From Trichodelitschia bisporula (lineage: Eukaryota), in the NCBI GenBank assembly GCA_010356995.1, contig ML996701.1, forward strand, positions 1 through 64,000: 64,000 bases of DNA. Reading direction: 5' to 3'. The translations under genes were made by a program, and so were the position numbers. Under the pieces are notes generated by a model. That model saw only the letters and a list, made by a program, of their open reading frames with translations. It was not told the DNA's origin and searched no databases. Shown in pieces: positions 34,408 through 48,120 of this stretch (within the stretch, counting starts at the first letter, position 1; every line of letters starts with the position of its first letter).

Positions 34408-36866
34408 ATGCCGCGCGTGATGCATCGCACTCCGGACTGGCTTGCGCCTCCGCGAGCTGGCCACCGCCTCTTCTCCGCGCCGGCCAGGATGTCTGTGTCG
34501 CGCGTCGTGAACACCGATCAACCGCTTCGCACCATTGCCGCCATCGACACAGAAGTCTTCGTTGCTGTCAACAATGAGCTGCGCTGGTCTGATATCAGGC
34601 TGCTGCGGGAGGAGAGCCAGCTGCAGAAGGATGGCCACGATCCGGGCTATGGGGTAGCTACTTTCGCCTGACGTTTGAGCTCTGCTAACCGCCACAGGTT
34701 CTCAGAATCCCCGGCATGGGCGACATACTACAGCTCGCCGTGTCTCCCCTCGGCGACTACATTGCCGTCGTGCGGTCACACACAGTCCACGTCATTGTCC
34801 GTCCCGACGTAGAGCTCCTTCAGCAGCGTCTTCTCGGCCCTATCAAAGTCACTAGCTTCCAGCTCGGACCGACCGCACACGTTCTCGAGAGTGCGCCCAT
34901 CGTCTCTGTCCTCTGGCATCCCCTCGGAGAACAAGGCCGCTGTCTTGTAACAATTACATCGGACGCGGTGGTACGCCTGTGGGAGGTCAACCGGAAGGAC
35001 CGTCTCTCATTCGACAAGCCGACAACAGCCATCGACCTCAAGAAACTCGCCAACGCCGTGTCAGCCCAGCAAGATCTCCGGGCATCTACCTATGGTTCCG
35101 GTCACAACTTCTCTCCCGATTCCGCCGAGCTCGTGCCCGTGGGTGCGTGCTTCGGCGGCTCCGGCGCAGAGGCTCAGTCCCCATGGCGCGCCATGACGCT
35201 GTGGATTGCGATGCGAGAGGGCGGCGTTTACGCGCTCTGTCCTCTTCTGCCACGCCGTTGGCAGACTCATCCCGACACACTGGAAGCGCTGACGCTCAGT
35301 GCCGAGCTGGGCGGCGACAATGCCGACACGCAGAAGGAATGGGTTGCCGAGCTCGCTGAGCAAGAACCGTTCTTCGTTGGCGAAGAGCCGTTTCTCCGTC
35401 ACGTGTATACGCGTCCGAACCGGCCAGGCTTTGTCCCGCGCCTTCAAGGCCCGTTCCAGATTGACTCCGATCTACTGGAGGAGCAGGGACTAGCTGACAT
35501 CATGGTCTTCAGCGTCGGGGACGACAGGCACGGCAGCGATGAACGCTTCGTACCCCTCGCCTGGCCCGGCCTGATCGTCACCCTCCTCACGCAAGGCGGG
35601 CATCTCGTCATCGCACTCGACATCGACGGCGTATCCCCCGCCTGGCTGCCGCTGCAAACGCCCCACAACAGTCTCAGCACGCCCGGCAGAACCCCGATCT
35701 TCGACGACTCCCGCCCGCTCCTTGTCTTTGAAACAATCTACATGCCCGAATGTCCCACCGACAAGGGCTCCCCATCGCTGTCGCGCAATCCGACCCTCGC
35801 GCACGGCTGCCTCGTCACGCGTCCAACTGGCGTGTCCCTCGTCGACATGACCTGGGTTGAGACACTGCAGAACGAACTCGCCGACCCCACGGCTCCGGGC
35901 AGCGCCTTCCGCGCGGACGTCTTCGTCGCCGAAGCACACAGCAACGTGTCGCACCTCGTGACGTTCCGCAACCCGGCAGCGCACCCCGGGCTCCCGGACG
36001 TTGTCCGTGAACCCGGTCTCCCAGTCACAGCCATTATCCTCGAGAATCCAGGACTCCCAAACCTCCTCCTCACCGCCACTGGCAAGGTGCCTTACGGTGT
36101 GCACTTCGACTCCGCCGACGCCGCCACCGACCCGCTGGAGGAGAACTTCCCTGCTCTGGCTGCGGCCCGGGATCCATACCTCCCGGACCCTGTCTTCTTA
36201 GCCCCGTCGAACATGCGCATCATGCTGGAGAGCAAGATCCCACCGAGCAAACGCTTCCTCCTGCGCGACGAGGTCCGCCTGTCACCGTGGGTGCTCGAGA
36301 CCCTGGCGACTGCCCATCGTGTCCTGAGCGCCGAGACGTACGCACTGGGCATTGCAGCGGGCGATCTGTTCGCGCGGTGCGAGCGCATGTTGGGCGAGTT
36401 TGAGGCGCAGCGGGAGGCGTTGCGTGAAGTTGGGCTGAGGGTTGAGCAACTTGTTGGCGAAGACGGGGTGGGACGGGTAGAAGGGAGGCTAAGTGAGGTT
36501 AAGGCGCGGCAGGCGGGTATCGTAGAACGGGAGCGGAAGTTGAGGATGAAGCTTGCTAAGCTGCGGACGCCGAGTTTGAGTGAGAAGGAGAAGGCGTGGA
36601 AGGGCGAGGTGGGGCGGATTGAGGGGGAAGTGGAGAAGGGTCTCGTGCGGCGCTTTGAGGGGGTGAGGGAGTTGGCGGGGCAGGTTAAGGGGTTGGCGAG
36701 TGAGGTGCAGGAGGAAGGGGAGAAGGAGAGGGAGAAGGGGGGAATTCGGGTCCCGCCTGAGGTGAGGAAGAGGAGGATGAAGGGGGTTATGGAGTTGTTG
36801 GAGAGGGAGACGGCGCTGGTTGAGGGGGTTATGGAGAGGTTTGGACGGCTGAAGGTTGGGGAGTAG
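34408..36866 (+). CDS. NUP82: Nucleoporin Nup82/Nup88 family
   Basis: FQLGPTAHV, LWHPLG, DAVVRLWE, MTLWIAMREGGVYALCPLLP, C-terminal coiled coil with LSEKEKAW; intron 34654-34697. Confidence 0.85.
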
Positions 36867-38949
36867 TGGGTTCTCGGCTAGTGTTGCTCGTCTGTACGCT
36901 AGGTGTACTGGGATTGTGGCGGGGGACTTGAATACAGGTGTCTATTGAGTGTGTTTGCGGCGTCATTGTCACGAAGGATGTACCATCTATTTATGAGGGA
37001 TTGGGCACGCTTTTCGTCTTCGGATTGAATGGATTGGGTGCTTCCAATCTCCCGTCTTTTTCTTACGTGATTACCTGGCTGCTTCACAATATACTCCTTA
37101 AGTCGGTTCTCCAGCACTTGAGGCTGCACCAATTCGAACACAGTCTTTCGGAGGAAGGTAGTGATATGAGCTGTTCAAGGAAGAACCTCAAGCTACTTGT
37201 AACTGTAGTGAAATCTCTGACTTCGAGCAATTGTTGGCCCGGTCTGAGTCCTAGATAGCTTATGCCCGAGGGTGAGCGACCTCGAGCCCTGGCCATTTAA
37301 GACCCTAACCCAGCAAACAATTGCTCGAAATCAAAGCGCTTACTTTAGTCATACATAAGTTTCTGCAGTCATACAAACTGTAGTCATACACTCCTTCCCT
37401 ATCCGCCCCCAGTATCCGGCGCATGAAGCGCTCTCTCCGTCCGACCGATCGAAATCGGCTCAAACATCACCGTCAAGAAGCATTTGAAGCCATTTCGATT
37501 GCCACGGCAGGCCCGTCCATACCTCCCGCGATCCCAAAGCAAAAACAATCTGGATAGCGCTCCTGGCCGGGACTCTCCCAGTCTTGATCCTGCTCATTCA
37601 GAAGAGTCCTCAAGCTGTTGATGTCGCCACCAGCAACCAAGTCCGACGTTCAAAGAAGCGCCTGAGTAGGCAATTCCAAACATCGCTGCCATATTCCAAG
37701 ACACTGTGAGGTCCAGAATTGGCCAGATACTGATAGTGCATGCGTCTATGCAACTTTAGCACGATAAGGGCCAGAGTTGCACGGACGCATCCACTATCAA
37801 TGTCTAGCCGGTCCTCGACCTGACAGTATCTTGGAAGGTGACGACGAAGCTACAGCTACGTTTTTTGTCATTGTGGTCCACGCTGTTGGAGTAGCGAAAA
37901 GCGCTGGGTGATTTTGAACCATGTGGGACGGCCATAGAGCTGCTGAGTGGCGTACCGAACCAGTTGGTGGTGATGCGGTGTGAACCAACAAGTCGACTCT
38001 TTCGGGAAAGATACAGATCTCAGAGTATGGGACTGAATATCAAACATTGCGGGCGCGGAGGCAACGTTCAATCGGGCTGTTCAGGCGTTTGCACATCATG
38101 GGAATTGAGTCTTCGAGCTTGAAGCCACTTCTCAGTATTAGTACACGTAATGTGAAGATACGCGGCCTGACCTACCGCTCAGTCCAAAGCAGCTGAGTTG
38201 AACCCGAATTCGAAGAGGGCCAACAACAACATCAACTGGGTCCGCCCACTCCCGTCGCCGAAGTCACCGGCCAGGCGGTCACTGTCGAGCGGCCAGCCCC
38301 TCCATTGCCCTGGCGGCTGCTGCATCGATGGCCTGAGGGCGAAAGGCCGGAATGAAGGATCTTTAAAGATCACCCAGGTCGAGATCGGTGACATTTGACA
38401 GGAACTCCATGGATGATTGCCGTTCGTATGGTCGATTTGAATGTTGGCGTAGAGCACAGTAAGCTAGGACTGGGCTGTGTCATGGTGAACTGGTGCACTG
38501 GAGGACTGAAGGCATTCTGGAAGAAGTTTCTGGATGGTCAGACTAGTGGATATATGCCGCCCGATTCCAAAGACGTCCGCAGCGTGCCGACATCCAGGGA
38601 ACTAAGAAGCCGCTGAATACCTCCACACTGCCGCGTGACCTGTAACCCATAGGTATACCTACCGGTTGCGGGTCGCGCGGCAGTATGGATGGCAGCAACG
38701 GCTGCTCAGTTCGCCTACAATGATCAGCTCGTTGCGTATGTTCCCAAGCACCGAGGCGGAAACGAGCTGGAAGTCTTTCAATGGCTTGCTTCGCCGCGTT
38801 TTTGTCAAGAGAACAAGCCATTGAAAAACTTGCAGTAGATGGCCGCGTCGGTACTGGAGAATGAGCCGTATCATTGCATGCACCCCGTCGAGGCGTGAGC
38901 AGGTGCAGTTTCTGAAGTGCGGGCGTTGGATGTTTCCAGCTTCACGAAT

Positions 38950-40120
38950 TAGTTGAGTAATGCTTTCTGAGGGCGCCCACTCACCTTGAGAGAAAATTGT
39001 TGAGCTTTGTGTGCCACTGCGAGAGGAGTTAGCCTGTTCGATTATAAAATGCGTGAAAGCTGCTCACCTCTCCGTGCAGGGCAGCGAGATGGTAACTGAG
39101 ACAAGGTGTCTACGGAGGCTTTGGCTTGTTCTTTGAGCCGCGGGGATGACTTCCGCCGCAAGGACGATTGCCACCGCCGCGAGAGTCGTCTCCGAGGCTC
39201 GAAAAACAAGCCAAAGCCCCTGAAGAGCATGTCGCATGTAGCCGCCCTCAATGCGCGACGTCGTAGAGTTGCCAAAGTGGCGTATGTGAAGCGGAGGCCG
39301 AGACAGCTGATGAAGGCAATGGTTAGCCAGAGCGGGGATTCAGAGAGCGCGAACTTACCTACAAGAACACACAGGGCCCCTGGGTATCGATATGGAGATC
39401 TCATCCCGACGCCGTCCTCGCTGTCGCGAAAGAAGCAGTGGACACAGCACGTCGCTCCGGCGACTTTTCGAGAGCGCTTTATCATAGAGTGGTCGCCTTC
39501 GATGCGTGACGCAGTGCGCTGGTTGGCTGCGAGAGATGCGTTGATCGTACCTTTCGGACGGCCTTTGGATTTCGCGGGAATGGGATTATCGACATAGGGA
39601 ATGCTTTTGCTGGCAATGAGGAACGTAAGGCGGAGACCGAGACGACTGAAGCAGGCGATATTTAGCCAGGACAGGAGTGAGCGAGAGCGTACTTACCTAC
39701 GGGGTCCCTGCGGATAGATGCGGAGAACACATCCCGAGCCCGTCATCGCTGTCCCGAAGGAAGCAATGCATGTGGCCATGCAGTCGAAAGCTCTAGTCCT
39801 CGGAGGCCGCTGGCTGGATTAGACTTCTGGAAAGACAAGTGATCCTTCCCAAACATGATGTCTCCAAATGTGCCGATGGCCCATTTCTACGATGAAGCAC
39901 TCACTTTGTCCAAGAAACAGAAGGCCGCCGGGAAGTTCGTTGTATAGCTCCTCGTCGTCGTCTGGCGATCACTCAGGGAATGATGCCGCCGAAGGACATA
40001 AGGGCATGTTGTATTGGTCCGTTGAGTCGTAACTGCAAGGACGAGAAGGGAGTGGACTGGCCTCGCTCACTGCTGTACTCCACTTTGGGATCGGTTGTAC
40101 GCCGAGAGCGGAGACCATGA
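38950..40120 (-). pseudogene. Degenerate gene with two duplicated Cys-rich (zinc-cluster-like) modules
   Basis: Two ~340-bp-spaced copies each with a gtaagt...ctaa...cag intron; HCF(L/F)RDS(D/E)DG(L/V)GM.SP and (R/C)LGLR.T peptides; stops and frameshifts. Confidence 0.4.
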
Positions 40121-40957
40121 GATCTGGTCAGGCTGGACAGTGGAAAAGATGGAGAACTTTCGGACAAAACTGAGCGATGAACATTTCGGTGGCGGTATAT
40201 AGAAGTAAGAATGCTGGTGTAAAGAGATAGGGATGCTGGCTCTCGAAGCAAGTGCGACGGAACGACAAGATATACGTTCGATCTCAGCCTGGTGACATCA
40301 GTACACGCCTCCGCAGTCAACAACACGAAACTCCGAGCAAACCAGCTAGTCCGACTTCACGCACATACAGGGCGTCAATTCATTTGACCGACAGGCTTCC
40401 CAGTACCCGTCTCTTTCTCCCTCTGCGCCGACGCAGGGACAGACGCTTTCGGCGCATCGCCGCGGATACCGGTCACAACTGCCGCCATGAGAAGTGGCGC
40501 AATGCTTTGAGCGCTGCCGGACGTCGGCCGATTCTGATACTTGCACTGCTTTTACCCGCCGGAATGCCGTCTGAACTGGTCCTTGCACTGCCTTTACCCG
40601 TTAATAAGAAGGCCGGGTAAACGCACTTACCCGGCAACCACGCCTACTCAGCCCTTTTCAGCGCTTTTCTCGCGACTTACCGGCTGAAAACCGGCAGACG
40701 GCTAAGCTGAAGCGATGAAAGCAACGGGAGCGCGCTCCTTATGGAGATACAAAGGCTGTATGCAGTACGGGTATGCGGAGTGAGTAGGTCGGGATCGGGA
40801 ACGAACAGGTCGGGATCGGGCAGCTCGGAATCGCGAGGGCATGTCGAGATCGGGAAGCGGCGCTAATGGAACACTTCGCCGGCCAACAACATCGCGCATC
40901 TCACCCCCACCGCAAGCGCCCCCCGTGAAGAACAACAACATCTTCATTCCTACTTCC

Positions 40958-42946
40958 CTACCCAACCCCCCCCCCCTCAACCTCAACAACCCCCATCCAA
41001 GTCTCCAACCCCTTGAGTCCCACCTTCACCAACCCGCCCCTCTCAACCCCCCATCCCTCCCCGCCCCAAACCACCTCATCCACTGCCCCCACCTTCAGCC
41101 CAGGAACAACAACCTCCACTCGTCCAGCGACATCCCCATATCCCAGCACAACAACCGCAACCAGCGCCCTACTCCCCATCCTCCAAACCCCCACCTCCAC
41201 ATCCGCCGTCCCATTCCCCCTCACCAACCCCCTCTCCACCCTCGCTCCCGTAAGGAACCGCTTAACCCCCCTCGTCGCCTCCGCCAATCTCCCCGTAACC
41301 TCACCCAGCTCCTTTGTAGTAGGCCACATCCACCCCACCACGCCCTTAGCCCCATGCACCAAAAACCCCATCACCATCGCACTCTCCTCCTGTGCCGTCG
41401 GGGGTCGGGACCAGTACTCACTCCCGCCAAAAACCTGCGGTACCGCCCAGAGGGGCTTTTCCACTGCGCGCATCCACCCTTCATACTCCCTAAACATATC
41501 CATCCGCCTCGCCACATCCTTGAGTTCCCCAATACAACCATCGCACCCGCAATCGCCATACGTGGCATTACACGGCGTGTCCCAGAGCGTTGAGTAGCTC
41601 GCGTTATTCCCCACCGGGTAAGGGTCGGTGAGCAAAATATCCGCGCCCGCGGCATACGGCCCAAAGTGAAAATTCGCGCAATTGAGCACCAAGCTAACAG
41701 GATGATACGGATCCGCCGTGCGGATCGCATCCGCAGCACGCAGAGGAGCGTCAAGCGCATCGCCCCACCCGTCCGGCTCGTCGGCTGTGTACCACAGCAA
41801 TAACCTCTTCCGATGCTTAATCCGTTCGACTTGCGCGGTCACCGCGGTGAGGTTCTTGTAGCTCCAGCGCATGTCGTACATGAGCCACAGGCCTAACTCT
41901 TCAAGCTGGTCGAGCGCGGCGTCGAAGGAGGCCCATTCGCCCCAGGGTGCGGAGGGATCGGCGCCGGGGGTCGGGTGGAAGATGTTGAACCCGTGGGAGG
42001 CGAAGGCAGATAGGTTCGACGGGGAGCCGGCGAAGTGCCCGCCCCAGTCGCCGTAGAAGGAGTATGGGAATATAGGCTCCCAGGTCGTTGGCGCCGAGGA
42101 GTCGGTGAGAACGTGCAGCCCGCCGTGAAGGGCGTCTGTGCGGGCGGCGCTCCCGTTCTCCGGGGGCGGTAGGAGGGTCAGGGTCGTGATTGAGAAGAAA
42201 GTCGTCTCCGGGCAATGCGGGCTCGTCAGCGTGAGGAGGATTTGCTGTGGCGTGGTGCCGGCTTTCAGGCCCGTGAGCGGAATGGGGATTTCATTCAGTG
42301 TGGTGTTCGCTGCGATGGAGGTTGTGGAGAGGACGGTGGTGCGGTCGAGCAGCGTGATGGTAAGGCGGAAGGATGTGCCGTTCATGCGGGTTAGCTCCGA
42401 GGAAGGGTCCCACTCGGCGCAGTATGGCTCGCCGACTGTGTGTGTTATGGCAGCGGAGACGATGAGTGAGGCTTGGGACTCGGTGCTGAGGTAGATGGAC
42501 ATGCGGGGTGCGACTTGGAGGTCTAGGAGGGGGACGTCGGAGAGGGGCGGGGGTTCGAGTTGGCCTCCCGGGTCGAAGGAGGCATTGCTAGCAAGGCGTT
42601 AGCCGATGTCCATCATACCCCACTGTCGTGAAGCAGCACAAAGCCAACGTCCACAACTTCAAACCCACCTCGCCTTATACGCCTTGCCACACCACGTCTC
42701 CACACCAAGCGGCGCATTCTGCACCCTCCCCACCCCCCCATTCCCCACTCTCCGTCCCGCGCCCAAAAGTCCCCACCCAAACACACCAGCAGCACCAATG
42801 CCAGAGCCCCACATATCGAGCAAAACACGTCCAGCAAAGAACGCGCTCGCGAGACCTAACGCAAGCAACGCGAAGAACAACGCGGGACGTGGGGGTTGAT
42901 GCGAGCGCCGCGGCGAACGGTGCTTGGGCCGCGTGGGCTTCGCCAT
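40958..42946 (-). CDS. Membrane-anchored/secreted protein with glycoside-hydrolase-like domain
   Basis: N-terminal hydrophobic segment, WCGKAY, intron 42588-42668, LWLMYDMRW, WYTADEPDG, DPYHPVSLVLNC, GDCGCDGC, WAVPQ. Confidence 0.8.
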
Positions 42947-43524
42947 TACACCTGCGGGCAGCGGTATGCCGGCGAGAGTGCGTGTAATATGGGCGATGCG
43001 AGTACGGGGTGATATGTGTTGATGAAGTGTCGTCGATCGCCCTGGAACGGCAAGAGGTCAGCCTTGGGCCTGGGCGCGGCACGTGGGGCCTAGACCCCGC
43101 CGGGCGGGCTGCCATTGGGGGTGGCGTATCACAAGCAAATGCAGCAGCAAATGCGGGCCGTATCACGGTAGAGCTGAGATTGAAAGCAAGTTTGACTGTC
43201 AATTGAGCGATCTGTCTCGCAATGCATTCAATCATGTCGACGCTAATCTGCCGTATCCGATTTCTTGCCAAAAAATGCAATGAAGAAGGGGGTATCTGAG
43301 GCTGAAGAAAGTGAACGCTCGCAATGTGCCCAAACTCTGCTCTCCTCCTACAAGTGAGGCCAGCTCTGCCCTACGCTCTTCCCAGCGTCAAGCTGGAGGC
43401 ATGCAAGCGCGGCCATGATCCCGATCTGTAGCCACGATGCCCATTAAATGCAACGAATATTCACAAGACAAAGAAACAGATCGCAAAAGCCCCAGAGATC
43501 CCGCTCCAGCGCACACCGCACGCC

Positions 43525-43985
43525 TTATACGCCCGGCATGCTCTGGCGCTTCAACTTCTTTTGCGAGCAAAACAGCCACTGCACTTATTAGCCTCCATCT
43601 TTTGAACACTGCGAGAGGAGCAACATACCTGACTGGAGTGCCGTCCGATGGCAACCTTCTCCCAATCGCTCTGCGTCGGGCTCCGGCTCTCAGTGCTTTC
43701 CCGGCTCACCATCGCGGGCCGGCTCTCACGGTCGCCGTTCGCGCTCGTCTTTTCGACACGGCCGGAGCTGGGGACGGGAGTGCGGCTGCGGCTGCGGCGG
43801 GGCCCGCGGGAACGGGACCGGCCGCGAGGCGCGATGTGTGAGGTGATGGCGTCGAAGAAGGAGCGCGAGGTGGGTGACATGGTGGAGGAACCCGATGAGG
43901 TGCCGGTTGTGGTTGTCATGAGGGGGTCGGCGGAGGAGGAAGTCAAGGGAAGCTCGATTGCGGGTGGGGGTTGAGCGCGGGTCAT
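43525..43985 (-). CDS. Small Ser/Arg-rich hypothetical protein
   Basis: RGRSRSR tract; intron (gtatgt...ctaat...cag) yields GRHSSQWLF; TAA at 43525-43527. Confidence 0.65.
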
Positions 43986-46900
43986 TGTGGTGATGTTGGA
44001 GGTGGTGATTATTGAGATGGTTGGTTGTTTGCTGGAGTGGGATTGAAGTATCTCAGAGCTGATATGCCGCCTGATTGAAGGTGAGAAGACTCGGTTGAGG
44101 AATGTGGACGTGAAGCTGATGAGATATCGTCTGATTGAAGGTGAGGAGACTCTGTGAGGAATGTGAGGTGAAGCTGGTGATGAAGAAACAATACTCCAGA
44201 ACGCGCCCCCATCGTCGCTTTTATCATCCCCCACCCATCCAGATCAGCATGCGGCTCCATCATCCCAACCCCGCCGCCAAGCGGTCCGCCCTCTTCTTCA
44301 CCTCCAAATCGATAAGCGTCTTGAGGAGCATGCGGTCAGCCCGGCCCCTCCCCGCCTTCACCGCGGCAGCTCATTGGTCCACTCCCACAACAATCCCGCA
44401 AACACCCCCTCCCACACCGCAAGCATGACTCCCCATCACTCTCCTCTGCACCCTCGCTGAGCAACCTGCATGCAGCGGTGCAGTGCGCCCAGGCGGTGGA
44501 CTCGCGACACGCTGGCCCTCTCACCGGTCCCATGCGCGATACCAGTTCGGGAATCGCATGGGCCGCGCGCGGAATGTATTGGTAGAACTGGGGATGCTGT
44601 GCGAGGTTGCTTGCTTGCGATGGAGTGAGGGGAGTCTGGAGGATGAGTGACCCTCAGGCACGGTGCGTGGCCTCTTGGTCGCACGGAGAGAGAGGCAGCG
44701 ACATTCCCGCCCCCAAACACGTTCGTTGCGTAATCAATCCTTCCCCGCGGTGACACTCCGCAATATCGCGCAACGCGAATCGCCCGGAGAGCATGTCCAC
44801 CACGGTGCAGTCGACAAACTCCCCCCCCCCCATCCGTAACGGTGAACCGCCCCGCATTTTCATAATCAGTCGGTCTTCGCCGACGCACCTAAAAGTTCAA
44901 CGCACCCATTTGCCGGCCCTACCGTATCGTGCGTATCTATCGCTGCAAGCCCCGCCGTCGCGATAGCGCTGATTCGTCGACCGGGTCCAACCGCCCCGCT
45001 TTAACTTCGGAACCGGTCTTGCAGCCTCAGGAGCCGTTTTCCGCGGGCGCGGGAGGGGAGGGGAGCCGCCTCGTTGTTCACGATCCGCTGATACTTCGTC
45101 GTTTGGGCCATGAATAGATGAGCATCGTGAGTCCGCACCCTGACTTGAGGGCCAGATAGAGGCAGCAAAGTTGGCCTCGCGCCTCCCACCACGGGACTCC
45201 TTCAGTCGCAACCCGCCCGCCTCGCGCTTCCCTCGTATGGTAAATCCGCGGCCCTGCTCTACCCACCGCCAAAGATAGGCACTCGTATCGCCAAATACCC
45301 CAGCGGCGGTCACGTACCTCGCCAACGTCAATCCACGCATCAATCCCAGCCCCGTGGCCCATCCCGCTTCATTCCTTGTTTCTCAAAGCCTTCTCGAAGC
45401 CCCATCGAAGGACTTCCATGGCAAAGACACCGCCATGCGGGGTGAGGGGGCCCGTGCGCACCCACGAGACGAGGCTGCGACGCCCAGGGAGGCTGTGCTG
45501 GTGGGTTGGGGGTTCGGGAGTGACGTGTTTGAGCAGCTTTCGGCGGGTATTGCGGCACTGGCAGCGCGGGAGCGCGTGATTTTGCTCCGCGGGTACGCTT
45601 CGAGTGGCCGGTGTTTTCCCGTGACGGGCACTGAAGCGGGAGGGAGGATGCTGATCCCGATAATAAGGCCGGGTATGCGGCACTACGGCCTCCGGGCATC
45701 ATGGGTGCCGGAGCCGCAGAGTGGAGCCTAGCTTGGCTCTTTGGGGTTTGTCTTGGTGGCGGCTCCTTGAGGAGGCATTTTTTGGAACAGGCGGCTCGTA
45801 TCACTTGATCTGGTTGCTGCCGGCTGGCTGATTTTGGATTCATAGTGGCCTCCGTTCGCTTCACGCTTGGAGGTTGGCTCGCTACTCCCCCGCGGAGATA
45901 CACAAGCAAGCGGGATAACAGTCTTGAAATGAATTATGGGTTACGAGTGTTTCCATTCCCTACACATCGCCGCTTTGCTACGACAATCACGCAGGGCCTC
46001 TTTGTTCCGACGTTATCCAGATGTTGGATTTATCCGCACCGGAGAAGCGCCGTGCTGGCCGGGAAGCGAAGTGTCATCTGCTAGCTCTTCTGTTCCATCG
46101 TGCTAATGGCTGCAATCAAGGAAAAGGCCCCGTTGCGGTGATGAGCAGACGGATGGCATCTTTGCTATGGCATCGCCTTCGCTTCCTTTATATTGCTTCG
46201 ACCTGACAATCATACACCGGGGGAGCTCACAGTTCGAGGACGCCAATGGGAGCATCATCACTACGGCAAGTATTCAAACAAAGAGTGCATGATTGAAGGT
46301 AAAAGGAAAGGCGAAGAACAAGAGGAGAGGAGCAGCGGGGCTACTCATGTCTACGGTCAATCCTTGCCACGTTTGCTTTTTCCTACCTTGCCCATGGTTC
46401 CTTCCAGTCTTGCTGTACGGTTGTATGTCTTCCTCAGGTAAGAATGCTCCTTCTAGCAATACTAGAGCTCCTTCCTTAGCTCACATCAGATGCTAAGATG
46501 ATGACGCTGTGCTTGTCTCTTCACGCTCTGCGGGACCATCGGATGGAAGATATCCCGGAGTGACTGCAATGCAGGGACAACAGGATGCCGAAACTCCGGC
46601 TAGTTTCTTGAGATCTCCATCAGTAATCATGCAAGATCCTGCACAACGCGGCTGCAATGCAAGGGAGATAGGGAGGACGTAAGCTCGGTGTCTCCCCCGC
46701 ATACGACCATCCAATGCCATAGGAGCGATCTTTAGACGGCTACGGCGCAAGGAACGGGACTTCATTGTCTCCTGGCTATCGACCATCGACGGCAAGTCGA
46801 GGACAGAAGAATGCCGAAGAACCATGTCCCAATCCGAGGACAACGGTAACATTTGTCCCTCCATTCGTGGGACTGAAACGTAATGAACGCCATGCAGAGT

Positions 46901-47841
46901 CGCAGGCAAGAGACCATCGCGACTGAGATGGAAACTGAAAGCGAGATTCCAGGAGCCGCATATCTTCGAAGACTGGCCACCGCATGAGGACAGCGCAGAG
47001 GATGGGGCCACAAGGATCCGGATACAACAAGTCTATGCAGCATTGATCCCCAAGTCGGTTACTGGTGATGACAACGACGACAGCGACGGCGACATAGATA
47101 TCTAGGTCAGCAACTGCTGATGAGAACGACGACGACGATGACGCCGGCATGAAGCCACGGCCGCCAATCGGCGACACCGGCAATGTCAACAACTGGAGCC
47201 GCAGCCGCCAACGAGACGGCGGCCTCACGAAGCCGACCGGCAGATGCCGACCTCAGTATCCCGTTCTCGATTTCCCCAATGCGGAAGTGCGGTCTGCACA
47301 ACGTGACCCATCACACCTGCGCCAGGGATAGCATCATCCTTTGTCCGGCAACCGGAGCGCATCCGAAAAGCGAGGCGCCTCAGCCTTGAAGTTAAGACAC
47401 CACCACCATTCAGGCATATGTATGACGTCGCTAGATGAAAAATGCACGAACGACGCACGAACGACGGTTCGCAGCAGCGTGCCGTGTCAGTTCGATGCCC
47501 GTGCGGACTGTACCTGAGCCAATTTTACTGCGGATCGAGTTCCAGTTCCAGCGCAGCGGCGCGAGGGGAATTAACGAATTCTGCGGATATCAGCCTTGAG
47601 CCGCCATTCGGCTATCAAGGGTCGCTTCAACTTGCAGTTTTTGTTGGCACCTTCGCTCCCCGGCTCATCGACGGCGTCGCGATACTGAAGACGCCGCTGT
47701 ATTAAAGGGACGTTTGCTGCGATACCATAACCAGCAGCATCTCACTCCCTCCGTCTCCTCAGCAGTCACTCATCAACTCAACTCTGATTTTCCATCTTCT
47801 CACGCCCTCTTCATTCACCAATCCGCACCCAATTCGTCGTC

Positions 47842-48120
47842 ATGCCGAGAAGAGGACGCGCATCGCACCCCTCGCAGGCCTGGCTTGATAGTGCCGTGAG
47901 ATGGCATTACGCCCTCCGCGCGAGTCATCAGAGTCCCACGATCATGAGCATCACCGAGGCGGTCATGACAGAAAAACTGATCAGCCATCGAGTGTGCAAG
48001 AAAGAACGTCTTGGGCGGTGGATCATACAGCATTTCGACGCCGTGGGGATTACCGACTACGTCGACGACCTGTTCAACGGCAATTACGACGACATCGACA
48101 ATAACGACGACAGCGATTAG
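47842..48120 (+). CDS. Small orphan ORF (92 aa) with acidic tail
   Basis: ATG preceded by a pyrimidine-rich leader and TATTAAA at ~47700; no family recognised. Confidence 0.35.
   Translation: MPRRGRASHPSQAWLDSAVRWHYALRASHQSPTIMSITEAVMTEKLISHRVCKKERLGRWIIQHFDAVGITDYVDDLFNGNYDDIDNNDDSD

Noticed and set aside
36900..38900. Short broken ORFs on both strands
   Set aside because: They look like relic coding sequence, but stops in all frames and no family recognised.
46450..47350. Fragmentary ORFs with acidic tracts
   Set aside because: No coherent gene model or domain.
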